Assembly (NCBI GenBank): GCA_963735035.1
Contig: CAVTJJ010000002.1
Location: forward strand, 1 to 64,000
DNA length: 64,000 nucleotides
Direction: 5' to 3'
Origin: an uncultured candidate division Zixibacteria bacterium
GTDB taxonomy: Bacteria > Zixibacteria > MSB-5A5 > GN15 > FEB-12
Below, one piece after another: positions 10,524 through 20,923 of the stretch. Position 1 is the stretch's first letter. The number at the start of each line of letters is the position of its first letter. Under the pieces are notes generated by a model. The model made no database searches. It was not told the origin of the DNA and saw nothing but the letters and a program-made list of their open reading frames with translations. The translations under genes and the position numbers were made by a program.

Positions 10524-12020
10524 CGATGACCGCCCTCGACCCGCTGCGCCTGACGGCCAGGGTGGCCAAACGACTCCTGGTTGACGGGCAGATCTCCTCA
10601 GCCGAGCTGGCCAAGGTATATCTGGACCAGATCGCCGCCGTCGAGACCCGGGTGCAAGCGTTCATCTTGGTGACCTACGACAACGCCGCCAAGTACTCCA
10701 CCAAGGTCGATCGCGAGATGCAGGCGATGCGTGGGCCTCTGGCGGGGTTGCCCATCGCGATCAAGGACAACATGGTCACCGAGGGCGTGGTCACGACCTG
10801 CGCCTCCCAGATCCTGCGCAACTTCATGCCGATCTACACGGCGACCGCGGTCCGGCAGGTTTGGGACGACCACGTCGTCATGTTGGGCAAGACCAACATG
10901 GACGAGTTCGCCATGGGCTCCTCCACCGAGAACTCCAGCTTCCAGACCACGCGGAACCCCTGGGACCTCGCCACGGTGCCGGGCGGCTCCAGCGGCGGCT
11001 CCGCCGCCGCCGTCGCCGCCGGGGAGACGCTGTGGGCGCTCGGCAGCGACACGGGCGGCTCCATCCGCCAGCCGGCTGCCCTCTGCGGCGTGGTGGGGAT
11101 GAAGCCCACCTATGGCGCCGTCGAGCCGCTACGGGCTCATCGCCTTCGCCAGCTCACTGGACCAGATCGGTCCGCTCACACGCTCTGTGTACGACTGCGC
11201 GCTGCTGCTGCAACACATCGTGGGCCGCGATGCGATGGATTCCACCAGCGTCGACCTGCCCGAGCCTATCGCACTGCCCGACGCGCAGCGTCTGGACGGC
11301 CTGCGCGTGGGCATCCCGGCGGAGTACTTGGCCGCCGGCATCGAGCCGGGCGTGCGCGCTCGTTTCGACGAGACCGTCGCGCGCATCGAGGAGTTGGGCG
11401 GGATGTGTCGCGAGATCAGCCTGCCGCACACCGAGTACGCCTTGCCGGCGTACTACATCATCGCCCCGGCCGAGGCCAGTGCGAATTTGGCGCGCTTCGA
11501 CGGCGTGCGCTATGGGTTCCGCTCCGAGGGCGCCACCGACCTCCTCGACATGTACGAGCGCACCCGCGGCGAGGGCTTCGGCCCCGAGGTCAAGCGGCGC
11601 ATCATGATCGGCACGTACGCGCTGTCGGCAGGCTACTACGACGCCTACTACGGACGCGCTCAGCGGGTGCGCACGCTCGTGCGCCGCGACTTCGAGCGCG
11701 CGTTCGCGGAGGTCGATCTCATCGCCTCGCCTACATCGCCGTCGGTCGCCTTCGCCGTCGGGTCACGGACCAGCGACCCGCTGGCGATGTACATGTGCGA
11801 CGTCTGCACGATTCCCGCGAACCTTGCCGGCCTCCCCGCGATCAGCATCCCCTGCGGGCTGAGCGACGGCCTGCCCGTCGGCTTTCAGCTCATCGGCCCG
11901 GCGTTCAGCGAGAACCGGATCCTGCAGGCGGCCCATGCCCTCGAGGGCGCCATCGGCTTTGAGCCGGCGCCCGCCTTCCGCGACTCGCGGCAGCTCGGCG
12001 TCGCCATCGAGGCCCAGTGA
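10520..12020 (+). CDS. gatA: Asp/Glu-tRNA amidotransferase subunit A (frameshift ~11122)
   Basis: [61 protein letters not shown]. Confidence 0.93.
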
Positions 12021-13474
12021 TGAGTGGCTGGGAGCCGGTGATCGGCTTGGAGATGCACGTCGAGCTCGACACGCAGACCAAGATGTTCTGCGCCTGCGCC
12101 GTCACGAAGGGCGACGCGCCCAACACGCATACGTGCCCGGTCTGTCTGGCGCACCCCGGCGCGCTGCCTGTACTCAACGAGCGCGCCGTCGAGTACGCCA
12201 CGCGCATCGCGCTCGCCCTGAACTGCACGGTCGCTCCGCGCAACATCTTCCATCGCAAGAACTACTTCTATCCCGATCTGCCCAAGGCGTATCAGATCAG
12301 CCAGTTCGACGAGCCTCTCGCCAGGGCCGGGGTGTTCGAGTACTGGGTCGGCGACGAGAAGCTGAGCTGTCGCATCAATCGGGTGCACATGGAGGAGGAC
12401 GCCGCCAAGCTGGTGCATGCCGGCGGCGAGGCCGGGCGTATCGCCGGGTCCGAGTACTCCGTGGTCGACTTCAACCGCGGCGGCACGCCGCTCATCGAGA
12501 TCGTCAGCGAGCCGGACATCCCCTCGCCCGAGGCGGCGCGGGAGTTCCTGCAGCAGCTGCGCAGCCTCGTCATGGAACTCGGCGTCAGCGCCTGCAACAT
12601 GGAGGAAGGGCAGATCCGCTGGGACGCCAACGTCAGCGTGCGTCCGGCCGGCAGCGGCACGCTGGGTACGCGCACCGAGCTCAAGAACATGAACAGCTTC
12701 CGCCACCTTCTACAGGCGCTTGACGCCGAGATCCCCCGCCAGATCGGCATCCTCGAATCTGGCGGGTCGATCGCCCTGGAGACGCTCCACTTCGACCCCG
12801 ACACGGGCACGACCACGCCGTTGCGCTCCAAGGAAGAGGCCCACGACTACCGCTACTTCCCCGAGCCCGACCTCGTGCCGCTGGTCATCGATCCTGCTTG
12901 GGTCGAGGACCTGCGCGCGATGCAGCCGGAGCTTCCCGAGGCGCGCGTCGCGCGGTTCATGGAGCAGTATGGGCTGCCGCGCGCCGACGCCCTCGTGCTG
13001 GGCAGCTCAGGGCCCCTTGCGAGGTTCTACGAGGACGTCGTGGCCCAGGGGGCCGAGGCGAAGCCGGCGGCTAACTGGACGATGGGCGAGTACCTCGCCC
13101 ATCTCAACGCCGCCGGCCTCGAGGCTGGGCATGGTCACGTCACCGCCGAGCGTCTTGCCAAGCTCGTCGAACTCGTCGCCCGCGGTACGATCTCGGTCAG
13201 CGCCGGCAAGGACGTCTTCGTCAAGATGGTCGAAGCGCGCGCCGAGCCCGAGGACGTCGTCGAGAAGTATGGCCTCGGCCAGATCAGCGACAGCGCCGCG
13301 CTCGAGGTGGTGGTCGCGGAGATCGTCGCCGCCAATCCGGCCCAGGTCGCGCAGTACAGGGCCGGCAAGCAGCAGGTCCTGGGTTTCTTCGTCGGGCAGG
13401 TCATGAAGGCCACGAAGGGGCGCGCCAACCCGCAGCTCGTCAATGAGCTGTTGCATGGCGCGCTCGACGCCTGA
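12017..13474 (+). CDS. gatB: Asp/Glu-tRNA amidotransferase subunit B
   Basis: IGLEMHVEL, RKNYFYPDLPKAYQISQ, DFNRGGTPLIEIV, RSKEEAHDYRYFPEPDL, FFVGQVMK. Confidence 0.96.
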   Translation: MMSGWEPVIGLEMHVELDTQTKMFCACAVTKGDAPNTHTCPVCLAHPGALPVLNERAVEYATRIALALNCTVAPRNIFHRKNYFYPDLPKAYQISQFDEPLARAGVFEYWVGDEKLSCRINRVHMEEDAAKLVHAGGEAGRIAGSEYSVVDFNRGGTPLIEIVSEPDIPSPEAAREFLQQLRSLVMELGVSACNMEEGQIRWDANVSVRPAGSGTLGTRTELKNMNSFRHLLQALDAEIPRQIGILESGGSIALETLHFDPDTGTTTPLRSKEEAHDYRYFPEPDLVPLVIDPAWVEDLRAMQPELPEARVARFMEQYGLPRADALVLGSSGPLARFYEDVVAQGAEAKPAANWTMGEYLAHLNAAGLEAGHGHVTAERLAKLVELVARGTISVSAGKDVFVKMVEARAEPEDVVEKYGLGQISDSAALEVVVAEIVAANPAQVAQYRAGKQQVLGFFVGQVMKATKGRANPQLVNELLHGALDA

Positions 13475-13633
13475 GGTTGCTTGCCTGCCCGCGATCGGCT
13501 GTGGAACAATGTGACCTTGCCGTCGCGTCCTTCGTCGCGGCGTCACTCGGTTCCCGTGCTCGCTCATTTGCCCGCTAGCGTCGTCTTCTGGGCGGCGCCG
13601 CATGGCGGCTCTCGCGTCGACAGGTAGGTGCCT

Positions 13634-14878
13634 ATGACCAGCGACCTCTCCAGTTTCGTCATTGCCCGAGCGATGCCAGCCGAACCCGCGGTGCGCATCG
13701 ACGACACGACCCTGCGCGACGGCGAACAGACCGCGGGCGTCGTCTTCTCCAACGAGGAGAAGATCCGTATCGCCTGCTTGCTCGACGAGGTCGGCGTCCA
13801 TCAGATCGAGGTGGGCATCCCCGCTATGGGCGGCGACGAGAAAGAGACGATCAAGCACATCGTCGGGCTTGGGCTGAAGACTTCCATCCTCGCCTGGAAC
13901 CGCGCCGTCATGTCGGACGTGCAGCATTCCCTCGACTGTGGCGTCGATGCGGTCGCCATCTCGATGTCCGCCAGCGACATCCACATCGAGCACAAGCTGC
14001 AGAAGAGCCGGCAGTGGGTGCTCGACCAGATCCGCTCGTGTGTCGCCTTCGCCAAGGAACACGACCTCTATGTGTCGTTGAACGCCGAGGACGCCTCGCG
14101 CGCCGATCTCGAGTTCCTGCTGCGCTTCGTCCAGGCCGCCAAGGAGGAGGGGGCGGACAGGCTGCGTTTCTGCGACACGCTCGGGATCCTCGACCCCTTC
14201 GACACCTACAACGTGATCAGCTTCCTCAAGAAGGAGGGTGGTCTCGACATCGAGATGCACACGCACGACGACTTCGGCATGGCCACGGCCAACGCGCTCG
14301 CCGGCATCAAGGCCGGGGCGACATATGTGAACACCACCGTGAACGGCCTCGGTGAGCGCGCCGGTAACGCCGCCCTCGAAGAGGTCGTCATGGCGCTCAA
14401 GTATCTCGGCAAGGTCGACATGGGCTTCAAGACCAGTCGTCTGCGCGAGCTCAGCGAGTACGTTGCCGCGGCATCGGCGCGGACGATCCCGGCTTGGAAG
14501 AGCATCGTGGGTACCAATGTCTTCGCTCACGAGAGCGGCATCCACGCCGACGGCGTCATCAAGAACCCGCTCAACTACGAGGCCTTCGCGCCCGAGGACG
14601 TCGGGCTGGAGCGCCAGATCGTGGTGGGCAAGCACTCCGGCTCGCGCACGATCTACCGCAAGTTCCAAGAGTTCGGCTTGGAACTCAGCCAGGAGGAGTG
14701 CGACGGCGTGCTCGCCCTCGTGCGCAGCACGGCGATCGAGCTCAAGCGCGCCCTGTTCGACAAGGAGCTCATGTACATCTACCACGACTATCTGCGCGGC
14801 CTGAAGGCGCCTCCGGCGGGCGCCACCGAGTCGCTTTCCGCGCCGCCGCCGGCGATCAAGCCCGGAGACGGGGCGTGA
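13634..14878 (+). CDS. nifV: NifV/AksA-like homocitrate synthase (or Re-citrate synthase)
   Basis: DTTLRDGEQ, HTHDDFG, GLGERAGNA, FAHESGIHADG; lacks the LeuA C-terminal regulatory domain. Confidence 0.75.
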   Translation: MTSDLSSFVIARAMPAEPAVRIDDTTLRDGEQTAGVVFSNEEKIRIACLLDEVGVHQIEVGIPAMGGDEKETIKHIVGLGLKTSILAWNRAVMSDVQHSLDCGVDAVAISMSASDIHIEHKLQKSRQWVLDQIRSCVAFAKEHDLYVSLNAEDASRADLEFLLRFVQAAKEEGADRLRFCDTLGILDPFDTYNVISFLKKEGGLDIEMHTHDDFGMATANALAGIKAGATYVNTTVNGLGERAGNAALEEVVMALKYLGKVDMGFKTSRLRELSEYVAAASARTIPAWKSIVGTNVFAHESGIHADGVIKNPLNYEAFAPEDVGLERQIVVGKHSGSRTIYRKFQEFGLELSQEECDGVLALVRSTAIELKRALFDKELMYIYHDYLRGLKAPPAGATESLSAPPPAIKPGDGA

Positions 14879-16131
14879 GCGCCCTGACACTGGCCGAGAA
14901 GATCCTCGCCGAGCACGCCGGCCTCGCCACGGTCGTCCCGGGGCAGATCGTGGTGGCGGATGTGGACGTCTCCATCGCCCAGGACGGCACGGGGCCGCTC
15001 GCCATCCAGCAGATCGAGGCGCTGGGCGTCACCGCGGTCAAGGCGCCCATCTGCGTCTTCTTCGTGGATCACGCGGCGCCGGCCCCGCGCCGCGAGCTGG
15101 CCAACGCGCAGGCGACGATCAGGGCCTTCTGCGCGGCCTCCGGCGCGACGTTGAGCGACATCGAGAACGGTGTGTGCCATCAGCTGGTCGCCGAGCTCTA
15201 CGCCAAGCCCGGCGACCTGGTCATCGGCGCCGATTCCCACACCTGCACCGCTGGCGCCCTCGGCGCCTTCGCCACCGGGATGGGGAGCACGGATGTGGCC
15301 GTGGGCATGGCCAGCGGCAAGACCTGGCTGCGTGTCCCCGAGACCTTCCGCATCGCGGTCGAGGGCGCGCTGCCCGAGGGTGTCGAGGCCAAGGATCTCA
15401 TGCTGACGCTCATCGGCGTGCTGGGCGCCGACGGCGCGACGTACAAGGCGCTCGAGTTCGGTGGGCCGGGCATCGACAGTCTGCCCATGCCGGGCCGTCT
15501 CACGCTCAGCAACATGGCCGTCGAGGCCGGCGCCAAAGCCGGCCTCATGCCCAGCGACGAGGTCACGCGTGAGTTCCTCGCGGGGCTTGGCCGGGAGGCA
15601 TGCTGGCGGCCGCTAGCGGCCGACGCCGGCGCCGCCTACGAGCGCGTTGTAGCCATCGACGCCGGTGCCCTCGTGCCCGTGGTGGCGCGGCCGCACACGG
15701 TCGACAACGTCGCCCCCGTCGCCGAGCTCGCAGGGACGAAGGTCGACCAGGTCCTCATCGGCACCTGCACCAACGGGCGCCTCGAAGACCTGAGGGCGGC
15801 GGCGCGACTGCTGCGCGGGCGCCGCCGCGCCGCGCACACCCGGCTGATCGTCACGCCGGCCTCGCGCGCGGTGGCCAAGGCCGCCGCCGCGGAAGGCCTC
15901 CTAGACGTCTTCTGGGATGCCGGCGCCGTGGTCACCAATCCTGGCTGCGGCGCCTGCGTGGGCATCCACGAGGGGATCCTCGCCGACGGCGAGGTGTGCC
16001 TGAGCACCGCCAACCGCAACTTCCACGGCCGCATGGGCAATCCGCAGGCGTCCATCTATCTGGGGTCACCCGCCACCGCGGCCGCCACGGCCGTCTGCGG
16101 CGTCATCACCGACCCCCGCGAGCTCCTCTAG
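14875..16131 (+). CDS. LeuC/AksD-type aconitase-family dehydratase large subunit (homoaconitase/isopropylmalate isomerase)
   Basis: GADSHTCT, IGTCTNGR, CGACVG, STANRNFHGRMG, ITDPR; GTG overlaps the upstream TGA; ends in TAG. Confidence 0.88.
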   Translation: MSALTLAEKILAEHAGLATVVPGQIVVADVDVSIAQDGTGPLAIQQIEALGVTAVKAPICVFFVDHAAPAPRRELANAQATIRAFCAASGATLSDIENGVCHQLVAELYAKPGDLVIGADSHTCTAGALGAFATGMGSTDVAVGMASGKTWLRVPETFRIAVEGALPEGVEAKDLMLTLIGVLGADGATYKALEFGGPGIDSLPMPGRLTLSNMAVEAGAKAGLMPSDEVTREFLAGLGREACWRPLAADAGAAYERVVAIDAGALVPVVARPHTVDNVAPVAELAGTKVDQVLIGTCTNGRLEDLRAAARLLRGRRRAAHTRLIVTPASRAVAKAAAAEGLLDVFWDAGAVVTNPGCGACVGIHEGILADGEVCLSTANRNFHGRMGNPQASIYLGSPATAAATAVCGVITDPRELL

Positions 16132-16143
16132 AAAGGGGACATC

Positions 16144-16665
16144 ATGGCCAAGCAGTACCAGACGCCGCCGCCCATGGTTATCGACCCGGCACAGCGCTAC
16201 ACCGCGACGATCGCCACGGACCAGGGCGACATCGTCATCGAGTTGTTCGCCGACAAGGCGCCGAAGACCGTGAACAACTTCGTCTTCCTGGCCCGCGAGG
16301 GCTACTACGACGGCGTCACGTTCCACCGGGTCATCAAGGGGTTCATGGCTCAGGGGGGCGACCCCACCGGCACCGGGATGGGTGGCCCCGGCTACTCCTT
16401 CGACGACGAGTTCCACCCCGAGCTCACGCACAAGGGACCCGGCATCCTCTCCATGGCGAACGCCGGTCCGGGCACGAACGGGTCGCAGTTCTTCATCACG
16501 TACGCAGACACGCCGCACCTCGATCGTCGCCACGCGGTGTTCGGCCGGGTCATCGAGGGCATGGCTGTGGTCGAGGCCATTCCCGAGCGCGATCCGGGCA
16601 GGGCGCGCGAGCCGGGCGTCGCCATGAACTCCGTGGTGATCACTGAAGAGGCGCAGGCGACGTGA
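16144..16665 (+). CDS. ppiB: Cyclophilin-type peptidyl-prolyl cis-trans isomerase
   Basis: [46 protein letters not shown]. Confidence 0.92.
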   Translation: MAKQYQTPPPMVIDPAQRYTATIATDQGDIVIELFADKAPKTVNNFVFLAREGYYDGVTFHRVIKGFMAQGGDPTGTGMGGPGYSFDDEFHPELTHKGPGILSMANAGPGTNGSQFFITYADTPHLDRRHAVFGRVIEGMAVVEAIPERDPGRAREPGVAMNSVVITEEAQAT

Positions 16666-17177
16666 CCGACGACTCGCTGCGCGGCAGGGCTTGGCTCTTC
16701 GGCGACGACATCTCGACCGACCATATCGCCCCGGGCCGCCTGTTCCACCTGCGCACCGATCTGCCCGAACTCGCCAAGCACGTGATGGAGGACGCGCGGC
16801 CGGAGTTCGCCGCCGAGGTCGGCCCCGGCGATCTCATCGTCGGCGGCCGCAACTTCGGCATGGGCTCGAGTCGTGAGCACGCACCGCGCATCATCAAGCT
16901 CGCCGGTGTGGGCGCCGTGCTGGCGCAGAGTTTCGCGCGCATCTTCTTCCGCAACGCCATCAACGTCGGCTTGCCCGTGCTGCAGTGCGATACGAGCGGC
17001 ATCGGCGAGCAGGACCGGCTCGAGATCGACCTCGGCGCCGGCGAGGTCCGCGACCTCACGACCGGCGTCACCATCCCCTTCGTCCCACTGCCCCCCGTGA
17101 TGGTCACCATCCTAGACGATGGCGGCCTCGTGGCCCACATCAAGAAGCACGGCGGCTTCGCGCTGCCGGGGGCCTGA
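16662..17177 (+). CDS. LeuD/AksE-type dehydratase small subunit
   Basis: [38 protein letters not shown]. Confidence 0.88.
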   Translation: MTDDSLRGRAWLFGDDISTDHIAPGRLFHLRTDLPELAKHVMEDARPEFAAEVGPGDLIVGGRNFGMGSSREHAPRIIKLAGVGAVLAQSFARIFFRNAINVGLPVLQCDTSGIGEQDRLEIDLGAGEVRDLTTGVTIPFVPLPPVMVTILDDGGLVAHIKKHGGFALPGA

Positions 17178-17227
17178 AGGCTCCCCGTCAGCGGAGCCGC
17201 CGCCGAACCTCAGACCGCAGGAGCATC

Positions 17228-18232
17228 ATGACCTACACAGTCACCCTCATCCCGGGCGACGGCACCGGGCCGGAACTCGCCGCCGCGCTCGAGACCGTGG
17301 TCGCCGCTACCGGTGTCCCTATCGTCTGGGAGGTCCACGACGCCGGGCTCGCCGTCATGGAGGAGTACGGCACACCCTTGCCCGAGCATGTACTCGAGTC
17401 GATCCGGCGCACCAAGGTGGCCATCAAGGGGCCCATCACGACGCCGGTGGGCACGGGTTTCCGCAGCGTCAATGTGGCGCTGCGCAAGCAGCTCGACCTC
17501 TACGCCTGTCTGCGCCCAGCCAAGTCGCTGAAGGGCGTGCGCAGCCGCTATGACGGCATCGACCTGGTGATCGTGCGCGAGAACACCGAGGATCTCTATG
17601 CCGGTATCGAGCACATGGTCGGCGAGGACGCCGCCGAGAGCATCAAGATCATCACGCGCAAGGGCAGCGAGCGCATCGTGCGCTTTGCCTTCGAGTACGC
17701 GCGCAAGCACAACCGCCACAAGGTCACGGCGGTGCACAAGGCCAACATCATGAAGTGCACCGACGGGCTCTTTCTGCGCGTGGCGCGCGAAGTCGCCGAG
17801 AAGTACCCGGAGATCGCGTTCGAGGACCGCATCGTCGACAATATGTGCATGCAGCTCGTGCAGAAGCCCGAGCTCTACGATGTGCTGGTCCTGCCGAACC
17901 TCTACGGCGACATCGTCAGCGATCTCTGCGCCGGTCTGATCGGTGGCCTCGGGGTGGCGCCGGGGGCGAACTTCGGCGTCGACACCGCGGTCTTCGAGCC
18001 CGTGCACGGCAGCGCCCCCAAGTACGCGGGGCAGGACAAGGTCAACCCCATGGCCCTGCTACGCTCCGGGGTGCTGCTGCTCGAGCACCTCGGCGAAGAC
18101 GCGGCGGCCCGGCGCATGGACGAGGCGATCGCCGCGATCGTCGCCGAGGGCAAGGACGTCACCTACGACCTCGGAGGCACGGCCGGCACGCAAGGCATGG
18201 CGAACGCGATCGCGCGGCGCATTGCGGGATAG
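17228..18232 (+). CDS. Isocitrate/homoisocitrate dehydrogenase (NAD-type)
   Basis: [20 protein letters not shown] (Ser/Asn isocitrate-type site), [33 protein letters not shown]; ends in TAG. Confidence 0.88.
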   Translation: MTYTVTLIPGDGTGPELAAALETVVAATGVPIVWEVHDAGLAVMEEYGTPLPEHVLESIRRTKVAIKGPITTPVGTGFRSVNVALRKQLDLYACLRPAKSLKGVRSRYDGIDLVIVRENTEDLYAGIEHMVGEDAAESIKIITRKGSERIVRFAFEYARKHNRHKVTAVHKANIMKCTDGLFLRVAREVAEKYPEIAFEDRIVDNMCMQLVQKPELYDVLVLPNLYGDIVSDLCAGLIGGLGVAPGANFGVDTAVFEPVHGSAPKYAGQDKVNPMALLRSGVLLLEHLGEDAAARRMDEAIAAIVAEGKDVTYDLGGTAGTQGMANAIARRIAG

Positions 18233-18249
18233 CGCGGGGAGGAGTCCAG

Positions 18250-18540
18250 ATGGAGGAGCAGGAGCGGCATATCAATCTGCATGCCACGCCGGAGATGATG
18301 GGCGGCGTGTACGCGAACTTCGCCAACGTGAGCCACTCGGACTACGAGTTCTCGATCACGTTCGTGCGGCTCGACCACGAGAGCGAGGAGTCGGGCGAGA
18401 TCAATGGCGTCGTCGTCAGTCGCGTCAATCTCTCGGCGCGCTTCATGAAGGAACTGCTCCAGGCGATGACCGACAACCTCAGCAAATGGCAGGCGACCGA
18501 GAACATCCGCGACCTGCCGGAGGCGCCGGGGCGCGACTGA
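18250..18540 (+). CDS. DUF3467-like small protein
   Basis: GGVYANFANVSHSDYEFSITF pattern typical of DUF3467; GGAGGAG RBS. Confidence 0.65.
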   Translation: MEEQERHINLHATPEMMGGVYANFANVSHSDYEFSITFVRLDHESEESGEINGVVVSRVNLSARFMKELLQAMTDNLSKWQATENIRDLPEAPGRD

Positions 18541-18566
18541 CGTCGGCCCCGTTCCAAGAGAGTAGC

Positions 18567-19655
18567 GTGTCTGTGAACGAGCGCAGCAGTCGCGTAGACG
18601 GGCTCTGTCGCCGCGCCCTTGAGGGCGCGGCGCTGTCTGAGCCCGAGCTCCAGGCCTTGCTGGAGGCGCGCGGCGAAGAGGCCGAAGCGGTCTACGCGGC
18701 GGCCCGCAAGATGCGCGCCCGGCACTGGGGCGACAGCGTCTTTCTCTACGGCTTCGTCTACTTCTCCACCTACTGTCGCAACGGCTGCACGTTTTGCTTG
18801 TATCGTGCCGGCAACGCGGCAAGTCCGAGGTATCGCAAGACGCCCGCAGAGGTGGTCGCGGTCTGCCGCGACCTGGCGGCTTCGGGCGTGGTGCTCATCG
18901 ACCTGACGATGGGTGAGGATCCGCAGATCCACGATGAGCCGGGGTACGCCGGCCTCCTCGAGCTGGTGCGCGCCGTCGCTGACGATGTGGGGCTCCCCGT
19001 GATGATCTCGCCCGGCCTCCTGCCGGAAGACGCCTTGGGCGGCCTGCGGCGTCGCGGCGCCGACTGGTACGCCCTGTATCAGGAGGTCCACACCTCTGAG
19101 TTGTACGCGCGTCTGCGTCTGGGCCAGCCGTTCGCAGCGCGCGTGGCCGCGCGTGGCGCGGCCCGGCGCGCCGGCCTGCTGGTCGAAGACGGCATGCTCA
19201 CAGGGGTCGGCGACACCGGCCGCGATCGGGCGCATTCGATCGCCGAGATGCGCCGCGAGGGCTGCGAACAGGTGCGCGTGATGAGCTTCGTTCCTCAGAC
19301 GGGTACCCCGTTGGCGGCGACGACCTCGCCGCGCGACGAGGCAGAGCTGCTCAGCATCGCGGTGCTACGCCTGGCGATGCCCGAGCGCTTCATCCCCGCG
19401 TCTCTGGATGTCGCCGGCATCGACGGCCTGGAGCGGCGGCTTCAGGCCGGCGCCAATGTCGTGACCTCGCTGGTGCCACCCGGCAGCGGGTTCCTCGGCG
19501 TCTCCCATGCGGAACTCGGCATCGATGAGGGCGAGCGCAGCGTCGCCAGCGTTGTGCCTCGCCTCAGGGCTCTGGGCCTGCGCCCCGGCTCCGTACAGGA
19601 GTACTGCGATCGCTTGGCCGCACTACGCGAGGGCGCGGGAGGGATGGCTCCTTGA
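18567..19655 (+). CDS. pylB: Methylornithine synthase PylB (radical SAM)
   Basis: VFLYGFVYFSTYCRNGCTFCLYR (CxxxCxxC), IDLTMGEDP, MISPG, DWYALYQE, VRVMSFVPQTGTP, IPASLDV, AGANVVTS; first gene of pylBCD. Confidence 0.92.
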   Translation: MSVNERSSRVDGLCRRALEGAALSEPELQALLEARGEEAEAVYAAARKMRARHWGDSVFLYGFVYFSTYCRNGCTFCLYRAGNAASPRYRKTPAEVVAVCRDLAASGVVLIDLTMGEDPQIHDEPGYAGLLELVRAVADDVGLPVMISPGLLPEDALGGLRRRGADWYALYQEVHTSELYARLRLGQPFAARVAARGAARRAGLLVEDGMLTGVGDTGRDRAHSIAEMRREGCEQVRVMSFVPQTGTPLAATTSPRDEAELLSIAVLRLAMPERFIPASLDVAGIDGLERRLQAGANVVTSLVPPGSGFLGVSHAELGIDEGERSVASVVPRLRALGLRPGSVQEYCDRLAALREGAGGMAP

Positions 19656-20923
19656 GGTTGCTCGTCCTCGGAGGCAGGCTGCAGGGCACCGAGGCGGTGT
19701 ACTTGGCCGCGAAGGCTGGGTACGAGACGCTCCTGGTGGATCGTTCACCGGCGCCGCCGGCAGCTGGCCTCGCCGATCGGCAGGTCGTTGCCGACATCAC
19801 AGCAGATGAGAGAGCGAGCCGCTCGCTGGCAAACACGTGCGACGCGATCCTCCCGGCCTGCGAGGACGAGGCGACCCTCGAATGGCTCACCGAGCGTGCG
19901 TCTCAGTGGGGCGTGCCGCTGCTCTTCGACATGGCTGCCTGGCGGGTCACGCGGTCCAAGGCAGCCTCCCGGCGTCTCTTCGAGAGCCTGGGCGTCGCGC
20001 GGCCCGAGCCCTGGCCCGCCTGCGGGTTCCCCGTCGTCGTCAAGCCTGACGGGGCGAGCGGCAGCTACGGCGTGAGCATGGCCGCCGACGAGCCCGCGCT
20101 GACGGCGGCGAGTGCGGCGCTGGCCGCCGCCGGCCACGAGGTCGTCGTCGAGGAGTACCTGAGCGGGCCGTCGCTCTCGATCGAGGTCCTCGGGTGGAGC
20201 GGCCGTGGTCTGCCCCTCCAGGTCACCGGGCTCGAGCTCGACGGCGTCTACGACTGCAAGCGCGTGGTGGCGCCGGTCGGCGAGGCCGTGGCCGGAGGGC
20301 CTGCGGCCGCCGGCCTGGGCAGGCCGTCATTGCGTGCGGGGTCTGCTGGCTCCTGGGACTGGGAGCAGGCCGTGGGGCCCGGCGTTCTCGCCCGCTTCGC
20401 CGCGATGAGCGTACGCCTCGCCGAGGGTCTGGGGCTGAACGGCATCATGGATGTCGAGGTCGTGGTGCGTGATGGCATCGAGCCACAGGTGCTTGAGATC
20501 GATGCCCGGCTCCCGAGTCAGACGCCCACCGCGGTCTACTGGTCCAGCGGCCTGAACATCGTCGAGTTGCTCGTCGAGACGGCGCGGCGCGGCGACCCTC
20601 ACGCGGTGTGCGGCTCCGCTCGCCGCGCCTGCGTGTACCAGCACGTGTCCGCCCGGGATGGGCGGCTGGAGGTCGTGGGCGAGCACGCGCTTGCCCAGGC
20701 CCGCCCGCTGCAGCGTCTGCCGGGGTTCTTCGGGGCGGACGAGGCGCTCACCGATCGGGCGCCAGGGGCTAGGACGTGGGTCGCCACCCTGATCACTACG
20801 GGTGGCGACGTCGCCGCGGCGCGCGCGCGCGGCGCGCGCGCCATCCAGGGGCTCGCCCGGATGGACGGCCTCGAGTTGCAGCCGGAGAGCGACCCTGGGG
20901 CGCGGGCCGCGGTGAACAAGTGA
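19652..20923 (+). CDS. pylC: 3-methylornithine--L-lysine ligase PylC (ATP-grasp)
   Basis: LGGRLQGTEAVYLAAKAGY, EEYLSGPSLSIEV, YDCKRV, GIMDVE, LEIDARLPSQTPTAVYWSSG, GEH; overlaps the pylB stop. Confidence 0.92.
   Translation: MRLLVLGGRLQGTEAVYLAAKAGYETLLVDRSPAPPAAGLADRQVVADITADERASRSLANTCDAILPACEDEATLEWLTERASQWGVPLLFDMAAWRVTRSKAASRRLFESLGVARPEPWPACGFPVVVKPDGASGSYGVSMAADEPALTAASAALAAAGHEVVVEEYLSGPSLSIEVLGWSGRGLPLQVTGLELDGVYDCKRVVAPVGEAVAGGPAAAGLGRPSLRAGSAGSWDWEQAVGPGVLARFAAMSVRLAEGLGLNGIMDVEVVVRDGIEPQVLEIDARLPSQTPTAVYWSSGLNIVELLVETARRGDPHAVCGSARRACVYQHVSARDGRLEVVGEHALAQARPLQRLPGFFGADEALTDRAPGARTWVATLITTGGDVAAARARGARAIQGLARMDGLELQPESDPGARAAVNK

Noticed and set aside
1867..14890. Long antisense and alternate-frame ORFs (e.g. 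1867-3963, 5025-6629, 13007-14890)
   Set aside because: These are shadow ORFs of real high-GC genes with no protein motifs.
17943..19655. PylB as biotin synthase/HydE, and the 570-aa ORF call
   Set aside because: PylB-specific motifs and pylCD context fit better. The N-terminal extension overlaps the dehydrogenase and DUF3467 genes, so the real start is near 18567.
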